From: Eledone cirrhosa
Taxonomy: Eukaryota
DNA length: 64,000 bases
Assembly (NCBI GenBank): GCA_964016885.1
Contig: OZ024740.1
Span: 333,870,001 to 333,934,000, forward strand
Direction: 5' to 3'
The number at the start of each line of letters is the position of its first letter. Positions within the stretch are counted from its first letter, which is position 1. The notes beneath the pieces were generated by a model that saw only the letters and a list, made by a program, of their open reading frames with translations, was not told the origin of the DNA and did not search any database. Positions 1 through 14,730 of this stretch are shown here, in pieces. Position numbers and translations under genes: made by a program.

Positions 1-2
1 TA

Positions 3-92
3 TCCTCTTGATAAGTCGGCAGACCTCGCAAGGACTCTATATCTTTATAATGTATTGTTTTTGTTTATGCCACGAAACTACGTAGTCGAGGA
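3..92 (+). ncRNA. Type I hammerhead ribozyme, U3-A8 core variant, extended stem II
   Basis: tcctc-TTGATAA-gtcggca...tgccac-GAAA-ctacgtag-TC-gagga; stem I tcctc/gagga, palindromic stem III. Confidence 0.8.
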
Positions 93-187
93 ATCTAGGA
101 GCAGTTTAGGTATGATACATTTTATTACTAATTATATCTAAATGTTTCTTCTCTCTTCATAATGTATATATATATATATATACATAT

Positions 188-219
<32 letters not shown>

Positions 220-248
220 TTTTATATATATATATATTTTTATATATA

Positions 249-302
<54 letters not shown>

Positions 303-569
303 TATGTATGTATATATATATATACACACAGAAGTATCCACTGTAAGTTGTGGGGTCTATTCTGATTGCTTTTGAAAACAGCTGGTGATATACAAGTAAG
401 TAAATATTCTCTCTATCTGATAGTTTGTAAACTTACATAGATCAATAACTGAGTAGAGATACAATGTATTATCACCATCTAGAAACGATCTTAAAGCAGT
501 GAAGTATATCTCTAATGACTTGATTTTTTATGTCATTGTTTTAACTTATATTATATATATATATATATA

Positions 570-1042
570 TGTAATGAAGGGTATTAGTAGTGGTTGTTAG
601 ATGAAATAATAAGAATAGCTGATTTCCATTATATATGAAATATTTACTTCACTTCAGTCAAAAAGAACAACAAATAAGTTACCACGAGTCGCAAAGGTTG
701 ACGATGTTATTTTGTTGTTGGTTCATGAGGCGGGTGTAGTCTGAGACCAGGAGAGAGAGAGAGAGTAATGGCCTGTGATTGTCTGAAGAGCTCAGCGGCC
801 TGTAGGTAGCGGTGAATCTTTCACATATTCTATAGCGGTGAATCTTTCATATATTCTATAGCGTAATGCGCAGCTCCCTCTGTCTGTCAGACCTGGGACT
901 ATACAGGCTTTTTATACCAGTCGCTCTCTGCCTCCCGCCTCGAGGGACCGCCCACGCATCAACCTGTCCACGCCGATAAGGATGGTGACCTAGAATTTGA
1001 CTGTTAGGTGTCACCCAGGGTTAAAGGCGTGGACAGATTTCG

Positions 1043-1047
<5 letters not shown>
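570..1047 (-). mobile_element. Probable solo LTR in (TA)n
   Basis: Ends tgtaatgaa...ttcgctata (TG..CA-like imperfect inverted termini); TATAAAA on minus strand at ~909-916; GC-richer than flanks; internal ~26-bp tandem duplication at ~807-862. Confidence 0.5.
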
Positions 1048-1097
<50 letters not shown>

Positions 1098-1127
1098 TCT
1101 TTAAGTCATTTGGAAGCCTCGACAATG

Positions 1128-1176
<49 letters not shown>

Positions 1177-2530
1177 CAGGCAGGAATTGAACAATCTGAC
1201 TGACTGAAAAGATGTACCCTATATATGCATTACCTGTAAAATATAACTTTGGTGCACGAATGGAAAAGTTATAATATTATGTATGACTTGTTAAAGAAGA
1301 GTTGGGTATTATTTTCTTAATCAAAATAAAAGGAATTTGCATATTTTAGTCATATATGTACATTGATATCATGATAGTCCTCGATATCTTGAGAGACAAG
1401 TAATTATGGTATAATCTTCTTCTAATAAAACAGATTCATATTGAGATATATCCATATGAAGTATCAAATTTAAAAGCCGTGAAATCCGTTGCATAAAATA
1501 AACATTATAAGACGAAGACAGGCGTTATATATATAAGCATATATAATGCGTACAACGAATTAAGTCATATATGTTAAACATATTATATTAATAAAAATAA
1601 TTAATTTGCAAAGTGAAGTCGATATACACGTGTAACAGGCTAGGTCGTAACGTCATTGAAATTATCTCTAATCAGAGGTATACCTACAATAGTAATCATA
1701 TCATGACAATAGCAGTCGAACTGCCTGTATATTATTAACTGAACGTGTTGCATTTCATATTATTCACCAAAGAAGAAAGACTCCACCCATTGTAATTAAT
1801 GAGAATAGCTAAATGAGCAAAGAAGCATTATTGTGTAGCGACACAAATATTGAAGAAACTAATCACTCTATAGCAATTGAATGAACAGAAATAGAAATTC
1901 CTTGCGTAGGTGTTTAATTTAGACACAATCTTACAAGTAAATCACAGTTGTTTAATTAGTGGTTGATGCATTATCCGATCTGAGTTACAGTACCACCAAA
2001 TATTGCAGAGTAACAATATATACTTCCTCAGCTGTGAGATATACATACCTTCACTGAAGCTTTCATTTCTAAAATGTCAAACTTCTTGAATAGAGTGGGA
2101 TGACAATTAGAGATATATGATCACTGATTTTCAGCTGCATTAGTAAGATGCGATTGTGTTAACAGATACATGCTTCCTTAGATGTCATTTAGCCTGTTTT
2201 ATTTCTTTATATTTACACCAATTCACATAAGGAATCTTAAAAATACAAATACAAAATTTAGTATATATATATATAAGCTCATACACATAAGCAGATCTTC
2301 GAGCGAACAGATCCATTACGTTCTCAAATGTACTCCCTTTCTCCGATATTCCTGTTTCCTGAAGAACGTATTGCCGACACGTCAAAAACCTCAATCTGTG
2401 TGTTTGTCTTGTTTAGTAAATACGATCTATATGGCATACATATGAAAACACGTACCTGTGTGCTGCATATTGGAACATGTGGGTATATGCATATGCATGT
2501 GCGAATATACTGTATATATATATATATATA

Positions 2531-3564
2531 TGAAAAAATGGGGAGAAGAATACTGCAGGTGGCACATGGATAACATGTAATAAAATGAGTCCCTCATCAG
2601 TGATTTGCCGACGATCATAGATATTTCATTGCATTAAAAATCATATACCTCACGTCGGTGCAATAATAACTAAATTAAGTTATTAGGACAATTAAACCGC
2701 GTAAAGCGAGTGAGACAAGATAACAACAAAGAGGAGAGCTAACCGTAGAGAGGAAAGGAACAAGCTAAATAGTTATTCGGTTAGCATAAGCTAGGTGAAT
2801 ATATAAGCGCTTAGAAAAAAGACCTTTCGGGATGAATCCAAATGTGAGAAAGAGAGAAAATGTTTTCGTCGCGAACGGGGTGAAGTGAGAAGGGGACAAA
2901 CAGTGAGTGAGTGGAAGTGTGAGGAAGAGTTAACTGACATGACAGAGGGGGCGAAAGAAAGTAGGAGAAACAGAGAGAACGAGGGAGCAGTAAGAGAGAG
3001 AGAGAGAAAAAAACAGAATCGCAGTGTAGGTAAATATATGTGAAAATATGGGGAGAAGAATACTGCAGGTGGCACATGGATAACATGTAATAAAATGAGT
3101 CCCTCATCAGTGATTTGCCGACGATCATAGATATTTCATTGCATTAAAAATCATATACCTCACGTCGGTGCAATAATAACTAAATTAAGTTATTAGGACA
3201 ATTATAACGCGTAAAGCGAGTGAGACAAGATAACAACAAAGAGGAGAGCTAACCGTAGAGAGGAAGGGAACAAGCTACATAGTTATTCTGTTAGCATAAG
3301 CTAGGTGAATATATGAGCGCTTAGAAAAAAGACCTTTCGGGATGAATCCAAATGTGAGAAAGAGAGAAAATGTTTTCGTCGCGAACGGGGTGAAGTGAGA
3401 AGGGGAGAAACAGTGAGTGAGAAAGTAGGAGAAAAAGAGAGAACGAGGGAGCAGTAAGAGAGAGAGAGAGAAAAAAAACAGAATCGCAGGTATATTAGGT
3501 ATATGATTTTTAATGCAATGAAATATCTATGATCGTCGGCAAATCACTGATGAGGGACTCATTT

Positions 3565-3569
<5 letters not shown>
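2531..3569 (-). mobile_element. Non-coding ~510-nt element: tandem dimer plus inverted short arm (retrozyme/non-autonomous PLE-like)
   Basis: Direct repeat with period 510 (2531-3039 and 3040-3489, second copy with an internal deletion); inverted copy 3497-3569; (TA)n on both sides; homologues at 19620-20130 and 28315-28718. Confidence 0.75.
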
Positions 3570-3604
<35 letters not shown>

Positions 3605-3964
3605 ACATGTACTTATGTATGTATAAGTGGGGGTGCATATGCCACTATGCACACGTGTGTATACTGTGTGCACATAACATACATAATTTACCGAATTATT
3701 TGTCCATCTACTGATGTATTTATTTTTTTTATTTTATTTAGTTTTATTTCATCATATTTCTTTCATTTACTTACGAATTTATATGTTTATATATGCAATT
3801 CTCTATATAAACTCCTTTTAGAACTCCTTAAAATATCCCTCCATCTATTCATCTCCCATTTCGATGTGAGAATGTCTGTAGGTACTCACAACTCTACCTA
3901 TTTTATATTTTACCCTTTATGCTCTCGGCATTGGTGTGGCACTTGTAAAGGTATATACGTATAT

Positions 3965-5550
<1,586 letters not shown>

Positions 5551-5742
5551 ACAGGGAGAAAGAGACGATTATTAGGAAGAACAATTTTTTTTTTCCTTTT
5601 TAGTTCCTCTCACTCTTTTTTTCTGGGTTAGAACATGATTAAAACGAAATGTTTTAATTTGTGTGAAGTGTTAAGGTATTAGTTGATTTATTTATTATTT
5701 AACAATGCCATTTATTTATCTATTTATATATTTAATTATTGT

Positions 5743-5784
5743 CTATTACCGGTTTCAGCATTTTTATGCATTATCATATGATAG
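5743..5784 (-). ncRNA. Degenerate type I hammerhead in 3' UTR of the Neptune-like PLE
   Basis: Minus strand ctat-(cata)TGATAA-t-gcat-aaaa-atgc-t-GAAA-ccgg-TA-atag; core damaged. Confidence 0.55.
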
Positions 5785-6086
5785 TGAAATGTATAAGGTG
5801 CAACAACTTTTATGAAGTGAAAAGAAAAAGATAAAGGAAAAAAAGAGTGCATAATGTGGAACGTAAAATTCAATGTGGAAGAAAAAATAATGTTATTTAC
5901 AAGCAAAGTCATTGAAATTAACAGATCAAAATGTGTTAATACAGCAAGAGTGCTTAGTTGATCCATAATTCGGTGATGGAGGCAAATGGTGGACTTAGGT
6001 TTGATATGATTTCCCTTTTTACAGAGTTAATATGCAGGGGGAAGCAATTCTTGCTGGGTGATATTTAATTTATTTCAGAAAAAGGA

Positions 6087-6578
6087 TTAGGTAGGGTGTG
6101 AGGGAGGTAACTCTTGTAAATGTTTGATTGTTTGTTGCAGTTTTAGATTGGTCCGATTTTTAAAGCATTTTAAAGCATTAAGTAGGAGTTGAAATTTATT
6201 AATGAGATGTGTTTCCGTATTGGTACGTTGGATGAAAGTAGCGTTGTCTATGAATTTGTAAATGGGGAAAATTTTAATATTTGGATGTTGGTTGAGAGCA
6301 CAATTGGCGATATGTTCACTAAATGCAATCTTTCTGTATTCCTGTATTTTAATTTGTGATTTATGGATGGTCATATGGAGGATGTTTTTTGTCTGTCCTA
6401 TGTAGTGCTCTTGACAACCTGAGCAGGTCAAAACATACATAAGGTTTTCAGATGCACATGTAAAGTTGTGTTTAATTGTGAAACGTTGTCCTTGTTTGAA
6501 ATGGAATGTTGAACCTTTTATTAGATTTATGCATATGCCACAGTTGGGCCTTCCGCATTTTGTTACTGTAGGGTTCAT
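6087..6578 (-). pseudogene. PLE Zn-linker + GIY-YIG endonuclease fragment
   Basis: KCGRPNCGIC...FTCASENLMYVLTCSGCQEHYIGQT...HKSQI...FSEHI...E.HLINKF..LN. Confidence 0.88.
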
Positions 6579-6812
6579 TGTGAGGGTTTGTTGGATTTTG
6601 ACTTGTGTGAGGATGTTTTTATGGATTTGGGTTCTCTTTTGCTCTTTATGAGGTTGTTTGTTTGGACGATATTGTTCATTCTTGGGTCTCTTATTAGTAA
6701 AGGAATGTTCTGGAGGATGGTGTCGTTGAGGGGGTTGTGTGTGGAGATGTATGGTAGAGTTTTGTTGCGGTTCATTCCTGTGTTTGAGGAGTCTGATTTC
6801 CTGGATGTATAG

Positions 6813-7740
6813 TTATAGGGCACGATGGAATCCATTGGTGATTAGTGTGTTTTTTAATTCTTCTAGTCGTGTGTAGCATGTGTATTTATCTGAAACTATT
6901 GTGCAGATCCTTCTGGCTAGGTTATAAGAAATTGCCATTTTGGTGTGTCTAGGGTGGCACGAGTTGAATGGAAGGTATTGTTTGGGGTCTGTGGGTTTGT
7001 AGTATATGTCTGTTTTTATTTTGTTGCTTGTTTTCTTGATGAGGATGTCGTCGAAGAAAGGGAGTTGTTCATGGCTGTAATCCATTGTGAATTGTAAGTT
7101 AATGTTGATTCCATTCAGAAGGGTTTTGAACTCAAACAGTCTATCTATACTGTCATGCCAGACGATGAAGCAGTCGTCCAGATATCTCTTCCAGTTCTTT
7201 CCTATGTGTTGGTAGAAGTGGTTGCCGTATTTGTCTAGAACTTTGCGGTAGAGAATGGTTTCCAAATATCCCATAACAAGGTTGGCGTATGAGGGTGCCA
7301 CTTTCGTGCCCATGGCAGTCCCAGATTTATGTCTGCAGTATTTGGCATTTGAATTCAAAGAAATTGTTTTCCAAGATGAATTTTAGTCCCTCCAACACAA
7401 TTCCTTTAGGAATGCGCTGTGGAAGTTCATTAGGGAAATTTTCCATCCAGTATTGTATTGCCTCTATACCTAGGTTGTGTGGTATATTGGAATATAAATT
7501 GATGACATCAAAGTTTACTAGTAGGGTATGTTCGTTATTGAGTGTTGTTGGGAAGTGGTTGAGCATGTCAAGGTCGTCCCTTATGAAGCTTTTTATATGT
7601 TTTAGGAAAGGTTTAAGCAGAATATCTAGGAAGTTGCTTAGGCGGTGGGTTTCACATGTGGTATCTGCTATTATGGGTCTTAATTTAAGGTCATCAGGAG
7701 GGGCTATATTGATGTAAACGTCTGTGGCTTGCTTGCAGGT
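6813..7740 (-). pseudogene. PLE reverse transcriptase core, frameshifted
   Basis: ORFs 7327-7566 and 6813-7358 carry RT motifs including YLDD and the thumb region. Confidence 0.9.
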
Positions 7741-10075
7741 CCTGTCTATTACTTCACTTTTGTGTGTCTTGGGGATACCGTAGAAGAGGCTGGTTCTGCT
7801 TTTGAAATTGGTGTTGTAGTTGTATTCCTTGTCTGTAAGGCTTTGTAAAGGGCTGTTAGGGATTTTAGGTTTCTCATTATTTTCCCTTGTATGTAGTGTT
7901 GGGCCTTTTCATAATATGTTTGGTTTTCTAGAGTTGAGAGTACTAGAGTTGTGTAATATTCTGTCTCCATAAGGACTACTGCACTCCCTATATCTGACTC
8001 TTGATTGTTAGGGTTTTGTCGTTTTTTAGACTGTTAGGACCATTCCATTCTTTTTTGCTTAGGTTTGCTTTTTGTTTATGTCTGTGTAGGTGGTGGTATG
8101 GGTAATTAGTAATGTGTTCGCAGAATTGATCGAGGAATTTATTCTTGCATTTTGGTGGGGTGTAGTTGCTTCTATTTCTGGCTATTGAGTCATCCTCATT
8201 GTATTTGTCATATTGTTGTTCGCTGAGTCTAAGCTTTCTACATAATTCTGCAATATCTTCCTTCATTTCGGGGTAGTTTGGTTGTTGGGGAGTTGGTGTA
8301 AATGTTAGACCTTTGGAGAGTATGTTGATTTGGTCTGTTGTTAATTCTTTAGAGGTTAAATTGACAATTTTTATTGCATTTGGTGTCCCCTGTGTGTTTT
8401 GTGTTATCTTGTAATCCTGTGTCTGTGTGCTGTGTCTAAAAAATGATTATGGAAGTTGTGATGGCTGTTGAAGTTTGGATGTGTCTTATAGTTGTATTGG
8501 CTCCTGCTGTTGTAAGATGGTGTGTAGCTGTGGTGGTTGTTGAGTTTAGGTTGTATCATGTGGTTGTATTGAGTCCTGCTGATGTTGTTGTAGGGTGTGT
8601 AGATTTGATGGACGTGTTTATAGGGTGTGAATTTGTGGTGGTTGTTGAAGTTGGGTTGTATCGTGTGGTTGTGTTGAGCACTGCTGTTGTGTAGGGTGTG
8701 TAGACTTGGTGGTAGTTGTAGTAGGGTTGTCTTGTGTGTTCATATTGTGTCCTGTTGTTGCTGTTATATGGTGTGTAGCTATGGTGGTTGTAGAGGTTAG
8801 TGTGTCTCGTGTGGTTTTATTGTCCCCTGCTGGTGTTATTGTAGTAGGGTGTGGTTAGTGGGGGAGGGTAGATTAGGATTTCCTTATAGCTGGTGTGTGG
8901 CTGTGAGGCCCTGTGTGACATGTGTGGTAGTTGTGTATTTGGGGTTCTATGTTGGAAGTAATGATGGTTGTAGATTTGTTGTGTGGGGATGTTAGGGGGC
9001 TGTAAGTGTGTGTGTGTATGGGGGGGGGGGGGGTTTCTCCTGGTAGGAGAGAAGTTGTGGTGTCTATCTTGTAGCTGATGTTTCTCTATTACTATATTTG
9101 TTGCTTGGGAATCCGTGTGGTAGTTGTGTGGAGGATGTAGGAGGTAGGGGCGAGGTGATACCTTCTTATGTTGGTATGTGGGGAGGTATTGTTTTTGTTG
9201 TTGTTGTTGGTTGTTGTGTGTTGTTTGGGTGTTGATTGAATTTTCATGTTATTATGGTTCTTGGATGAGTGTTCTTTTTGGAAAAGTGTTTCATAGTTAG
9301 AGAACCAGGTTTCGTTTATTTCCCAGCGTTGAAGGAATTTTAATTCTTCCTTATTACAGTCCTCTAACCATAATTTTGAAATATTTTCTAGGGTGGTGTC
9401 TTTGGTTATATTGATAATTGCTAGATTAATCTCATCTTCGATTGATTTCATCCTATTTCCATTTGCTTGGGCTCTCAATTTAAGGAGTTCAATTTCGGTT
9501 TTTATGTTATCAAGTGCTATTCACCCCCTGTGGTGTCTTTGTGTCTCTGGTTCGTTTGGGATGGATTTAATTTGTAATTAGCGGGGGTTGATTATTGGGG
9601 ATGAGTTAATCCATTTTTCATAGATCTCCGCTTTGTTATTGTTTTGTAACATCTTCCAAAAAGAGAATTTCCTGTTTTTAAGAAATGTGTACCTTTGTGG
9701 CATTAATTTGTTTTTATTTGGTAAGTATTAGTGTCATGTGTATTTTCATTCGTTTGAATAGAGTTTGTGTTGTTATTGTTTCACATAAGTTATTGATATT
9801 GTCGTTGATTTCATAGGATGTGTATTTGGGGATTATTTCTTCACTTGTAGAGTTTAGTTTGTTGTTGAGTATTGACAAATTAGAGTTAATTTTTTGTAGT
9901 TATATATATATATATATATATATATTGTTATACTTTGGGAGGGTCATGTTGCCAATAAGAAATACACGCACCAGTTGCTTTCACTTCAATTTATTATAAT
10001 AAATTTATAAATTTAGGAATTTATAAATTTTAGGTTCGCTGGTTGGTTCCACAACCAGATAATTGTTTATATATT

Positions 10076-10118
10076 GTCAAAGTTCTTTCGTCACACATTA
10101 TGTGACCACTTCAGTGAC
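10076..10118 (-). ncRNA. Minimal type I hammerhead (A9 mutated)
   Basis: gtca-CTGAAGT-ggtcacataatgtgtgac-GAAA-gaac-TT-tgac. Confidence 0.7.
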
Positions 10119-10728
10119 TGGGGATTCTTTTCTTTGTTTTTGAGCCTCTCCTTTGTTCTGTCCTACGCCATCTTGTTTTTGTGTGTGTGTTGTGTGCTTA
10201 GTTTGCGCATGTGTTACATCCGGGTGTCTGTGTGTGTTTATATTCGTTTATTTATTTGTTATTTACATGTTACTGGTTGGTTGTTTGTTCTATGTGCGTG
10301 TGTGTTTTCATTTTGTCCTTAATTGTAAGTTGTGATGTTGCTGTTAAACTCATGTTTTCTATTTAATTTTGGTTGGAGTTCATTTATGTTTATTGCCTCT
10401 GTGATTTGTCTAAACATGTAAAGACGCAATGTTTAGACAAATCACAGAGGCAATAAACATAAATGAACTCCAACCAAAATTAAATAGAAAACATGAGTGG
10501 AACAGCAACATCACAACTTACAATTAAGGACAAAATGAAAACACACGCGCACATAGAACAAACAACCAACCAGTAACATGTAAATAAACAAATAAATAAA
10601 CGAATATAAACACACACAGACACCCAGATGTAACACATGCGCAAAATAAGCACACAACACACACACAAAAACAAGATGGCGTAGGACAGAACAAAGGAGA
10701 GGCAAAAAACCAAAGGAAAGAATCCCCA

Positions 10729-10771
10729 GTCACTGAAGAGGTCACATAATGTGTGACGAAAGAACATTGAC
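10729..10771 (+). ncRNA. Minimal type I hammerhead (U16.1 mutated)
   Basis: gtca-CTGAAGA-ggtcacataatgtgtgac-GAAA-gaac-AT-tgac. Confidence 0.7.
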
Positions 10772-11010
10772 AATATATAAACAATCATCTGGTTGTGGAA
10801 CCAACCAACCAACCAACCGGAAATTTATAAATTCCTAAATTTATGAATTTATTATAATAAATTGAAGTGAAAGCTACTGTTGCGTGTGTTTCTTATTGGC
10901 AATATGACCCTCCCAAAGTATAACAATATCGGTTTCAACACACGTTTTCAGATAAAGAATCTTGCTAAACAAATTCAGAAACGATATATATATATATATA
11001 TATATATATA

Positions 11011-12008
11011 ACTCTTTCGTTGGTTTTTGCTTCTGTATCTTTTTTATCTCCATAGTTAATTCATTAGTCAATCAACGTTTATCATTGTTTCACCAACGGT
11101 TAAAAATATAGATATAAATATATATATATCAAATTTCTTTCGTTGCACATCTGCAACATCATCAGTGGTACTCTTTTTTATGTTCCCTCCTAGTGTATTA
11201 TAATGCCTACGCCAATTTTATATTATTTATTTATTTATTCTTGTCTCCGTCTCTGCGCGTGCGTTTGTGTTTGTGTGTGTTCGCGTTTGAGTGTATGTGT
11301 TTTGGTTTTTGTATTCTATCTTTGTGTACTATCTGTGCTTGTTGTTATTGTACTCGTGGATATATTTATATATTTATTTAGTTATTTATATTTCCTTAAG
11401 TCTGTATTATTTGATTGGGTATGGTTGTTGTTGTTATCCCATTCATTTTTTCTGTTTAACTTTGGTCTTCTAAGCACTATCTCAGTAGCTTCTCTGACTT
11501 GCCTACCTGTTGAGTCATATCTATATTTAGATATTATTTTAATTTTTATGTTGTCTCTATTACCGTCATGTCTTTGCCTGTCATGTTCGTATAGTATTAA
11601 ACCGTTTTATTTGTTTGTCCTCTTAGTTCACCGCAGTGTTGGTCTATTCTTTCTTCTATGCTTCGCGCCGTCTCACCTATGTATGTCGTTGTCATGTTTC
11701 TGTACATCCTACATACTACATTTCTAGTTTTAAAGTTTATCTGGGGGTTAATTTTACAAATAACACATTTCTTATTATTGTAGTGGGTTTTCTGTTTTGC
11801 TGATCGGGGATTTTATGGTAGTTCTTGGCTTTTCTACCACTTTAATATTTAAGTGGGTCTTTCTCAGGGCCTACACTGGTTAACTAATTTCCCCCCAGGG
11901 GTAGCATACACGAACATAATATTATTACAACAATATGACCCTCATCAAGTATAATAATATTTGTTTCGACACACGATTTCACATCAAAAAACTTGCAAGA
12001 CAAATTCA
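11011..12008 (-). mobile_element. 5'-truncated Naiad-like PLE (subfamily B) with short inverted tail
   Basis: 11011-11917 minus is a decayed homologue of ~59360-60353 (GIY-YIG, 3' UTR, HHR); 11918-12008 plus encodes MTLIKYNNICFDTRFHIKKLARQI. Confidence 0.85.
11128..11169 (-). ncRNA. Minimal type I hammerhead
   Basis: acca-CTGATGA-tgttgcagatgtgcaac-GAAA-gaaa-TT-tgat. Confidence 0.75.
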
Positions 12009-12018
12009 TATATACATA

Positions 12019-12664
12019 TATAGAAGTAGTAACGCAACAGTTAGTTCACCATACCGAGAACAATTGTTTCACCTTAGCGGACTTTCTGCTCGTACTGGTC
12101 ATGGTTATACGGAACAGGAAGAACAACCGCATGAACGCGCATCCGAAGAAACAGTCACTTCACCCAACTGATACAAAGCCACCGGCGAAATATATACATA
12201 TACACACACAATTGTTTCGTTGATCTGGACGGTCTAGAGCTCGCTAATCACTTGGTGTTGCGACAATCGATCTCCAATACTTTGTTTACAACCAGTCAAT
12301 ACATCAGAGAACGTGGATATGAGGATGATACGCAAGGCATGGCTTTTATAGGAGAGTGGTGTTAGACCAGAACAATAACATCAGTAACAAACTAACTTGA
12401 TAGTGAATAATTAAAACAATAGCATCAATACAAGTAAGTAATGGTGATAAAACAAGCATCGTAAACAAACAGATATGATACAGATGTATTAAGTGACATG
12501 CGAAATCTACTATAGGGTACATTAGAGGTAGTAGTTAAGGGATGAGTTAGATGAAGGGATAAATAATAAAATGTACTTAGAGTCATGTTTTGGAATCTAC
12601 ACTTTAAGTGCAATTATGAGAGATTTAGATACAAGTGAGTTGTGGATCTGACACTCTACCAACA
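12019..12664 (-). mobile_element. Possible solo LTR
   Basis: Ends ...ctaccaaCA (minus-strand start TGttggtag); TATAAAA on minus strand at ~12344-12350; left end abuts TA repeat. Confidence 0.35.
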
Positions 12665-12930
12665 ATAAAACGAAGATTGATTTAAAGTTTTACAGATAAG
12701 CGCTTGTATTAGGTATTTTCCCCTGTTGTATCAACTTAGTGAGATTGATGGAGGGAGTGTATATAGATTTATGGTTTATTGGTAGCTGGTATTAAGTGAA
12801 ATTGTGGATTCAGTATGTTATTCTAAATTTTGGGATTGCTAGTTCGAATCATGGGGGATAGTTCTCGCAATATCAATAACAAAAAAGTGTATAATTGAGA
12901 TATATATATAATTAAGATATATATCAGATG

Positions 12931-13006
<76 letters not shown>

Positions 13007-13144
13007 GATACATACATATATCTCTCTCTATATATATATATGTGCGTCCCACTCCCCACTTTCAAGCATGAATCTAATACCACACTGTTCGTACTGGGTT
13101 TGTGTTGTTATTCAGGTGTGTTATTGTTTTTGTTTTTTTACTTC

Positions 13145-13301
<157 letters not shown>

Positions 13302-13714
13302 CATAAATATACATATAGAATGAGGAAATACAAAGTTCATATATGCATGCATCGATGTATAAGTTTCTGCGTATATGTGTATCTAAGTGTGTAGTATATA
13401 ATATACACATTTTACTAAAAGTCCCTCTTCCATATTATTCACTTAATAATCTATTTCTAATTACCTTAAATTTCGTTATATTTTATCCTATTCATTCTCT
13501 TACTCACTAATTGCATTAGCTATTTATTGTTTTAGTTTTATATAACTGATTTTAATATTTCGTTAAAATGACACTTTATCTTCTAAGATATGTGTTTGCG
13601 TCTGTGTCTACCCCTCGCCTGCTCCGCCTTTTATACCTTCTGAACATTATATTAGTTCTTCTGTTAAACCACTCCAAACAATAACCCACTCCTACCGCAG
13701 GCACATTATTTCCT

Positions 13715-13900
13715 GGATTGGCAGTATCGGGAGAGGGTCGGACACCATGCTTTGATGAATAGAGTTACGGCCCTTGTCATTCTGTGTTCAAATCTCGCCG
13801 AGGTTAACTTTGCCTTTCATCCTTACGGGGTCGATAAAATAAAGTACCAGTAATGTACTGGGTAATTGCTGGCCTTGTGCCAATAGTAGAAAGAATTATT
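13715..13900 (+). mobile_element. tRNA-derived SINE (MESC/Meta-like central domain)
   Basis: A-box-like TGGCAGTATCGG, B-box GTTCAAATC, core gccgaggttaactttgcctttcatccttacggggtcgataaaataaagtaccag; TSD attatttcct. Confidence 0.85.
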
Positions 13901-14730
13901 TCCTTCCTCAAAAAATTCACTATCTTTTCTCTTGCCCACTCCCCTCATCGCCATTGTCCTTATCTTCTTCCTTAGCCCAATCCAAGAACCCCTGAAAGCT
14001 TATCACAATGATATATTTGTCCATAATTCTACGAAGCTAATGACACACATTACATAAATTCTAATCAGGAAAATATTCTACTTAACCCCAGTACCACTTC
14101 GGGAATATTTTGGTAATAACAAAATGCGTGTATCAAATTCGTTCTCAGAAATCTTCAATAACAAGCGACATTTCATGAGGAAGGTTTCATTTTGAGGACT
14201 TATATATGAATCCTCGGGTACATCTAAAATTTAAAGAAAGGAAAATGTGAATTTACTTGCAGGTAGGTGACAACTACTGATGTGTGTTTAGCTTCACCCT
14301 GCCTATTTTATCATAAGAACCCATCTCAAATATAAATGTTACTACACATTTTAAAGTAGGTGTAATTTGCACAATCTGTTTTATAAGGAAATGAGTGAAA
14401 TAATTGGATAATCAAGTCAAATACCAGTGTTCAGATTGCTGTGCACAAGATAATCTATTCACATTTCGCTCAGTTCACAGAGGAGTAGCAAAAATATGTC
14501 AATGATTTTACAAGGAACAAAAGGAGAAAAAGAGCTTACTATCAAATAATTTGTTATAAATACAGCCTTTGGTGTCTATGCTATAATGTATATGAATATA
14601 TGTATCTGTGTGTGTGTGTGTAAGATGTAAACATAAATAACAAAGCAAATGACTCAGTAAACACACACACACACACACACGTACAGCCATATACCCCCCC
14701 CCCCCCCATATATATATATATATATATATA

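Larger units (their letters stand above)
9925..10984. mobile_element. Head-to-head pair of 5'-truncated Naiad-like PLE 3' ends
   Basis: 9925-10417 is the reverse complement of ~10429-10929; plus arm encodes KDAMFRQITEAI...LNRKHEWNSNITTYN*, like the end of the 35177-36832 ORF; plus arm runs ~55 nt further. Confidence 0.92.

Noticed and set aside
3510-3560. Type II hammerhead reading GAAA-tatc-TA-tgat...atca-CTGATGA in the 510-nt family
   Set aside because: No stem II pairing; the UH site is AA in two homologues, and tgat/atca is not kept at ~20035-20052
13715-13800. tRNA gene
   Set aside because: A/B boxes belong to a multi-copy SINE with TSDs; no cloverleaf
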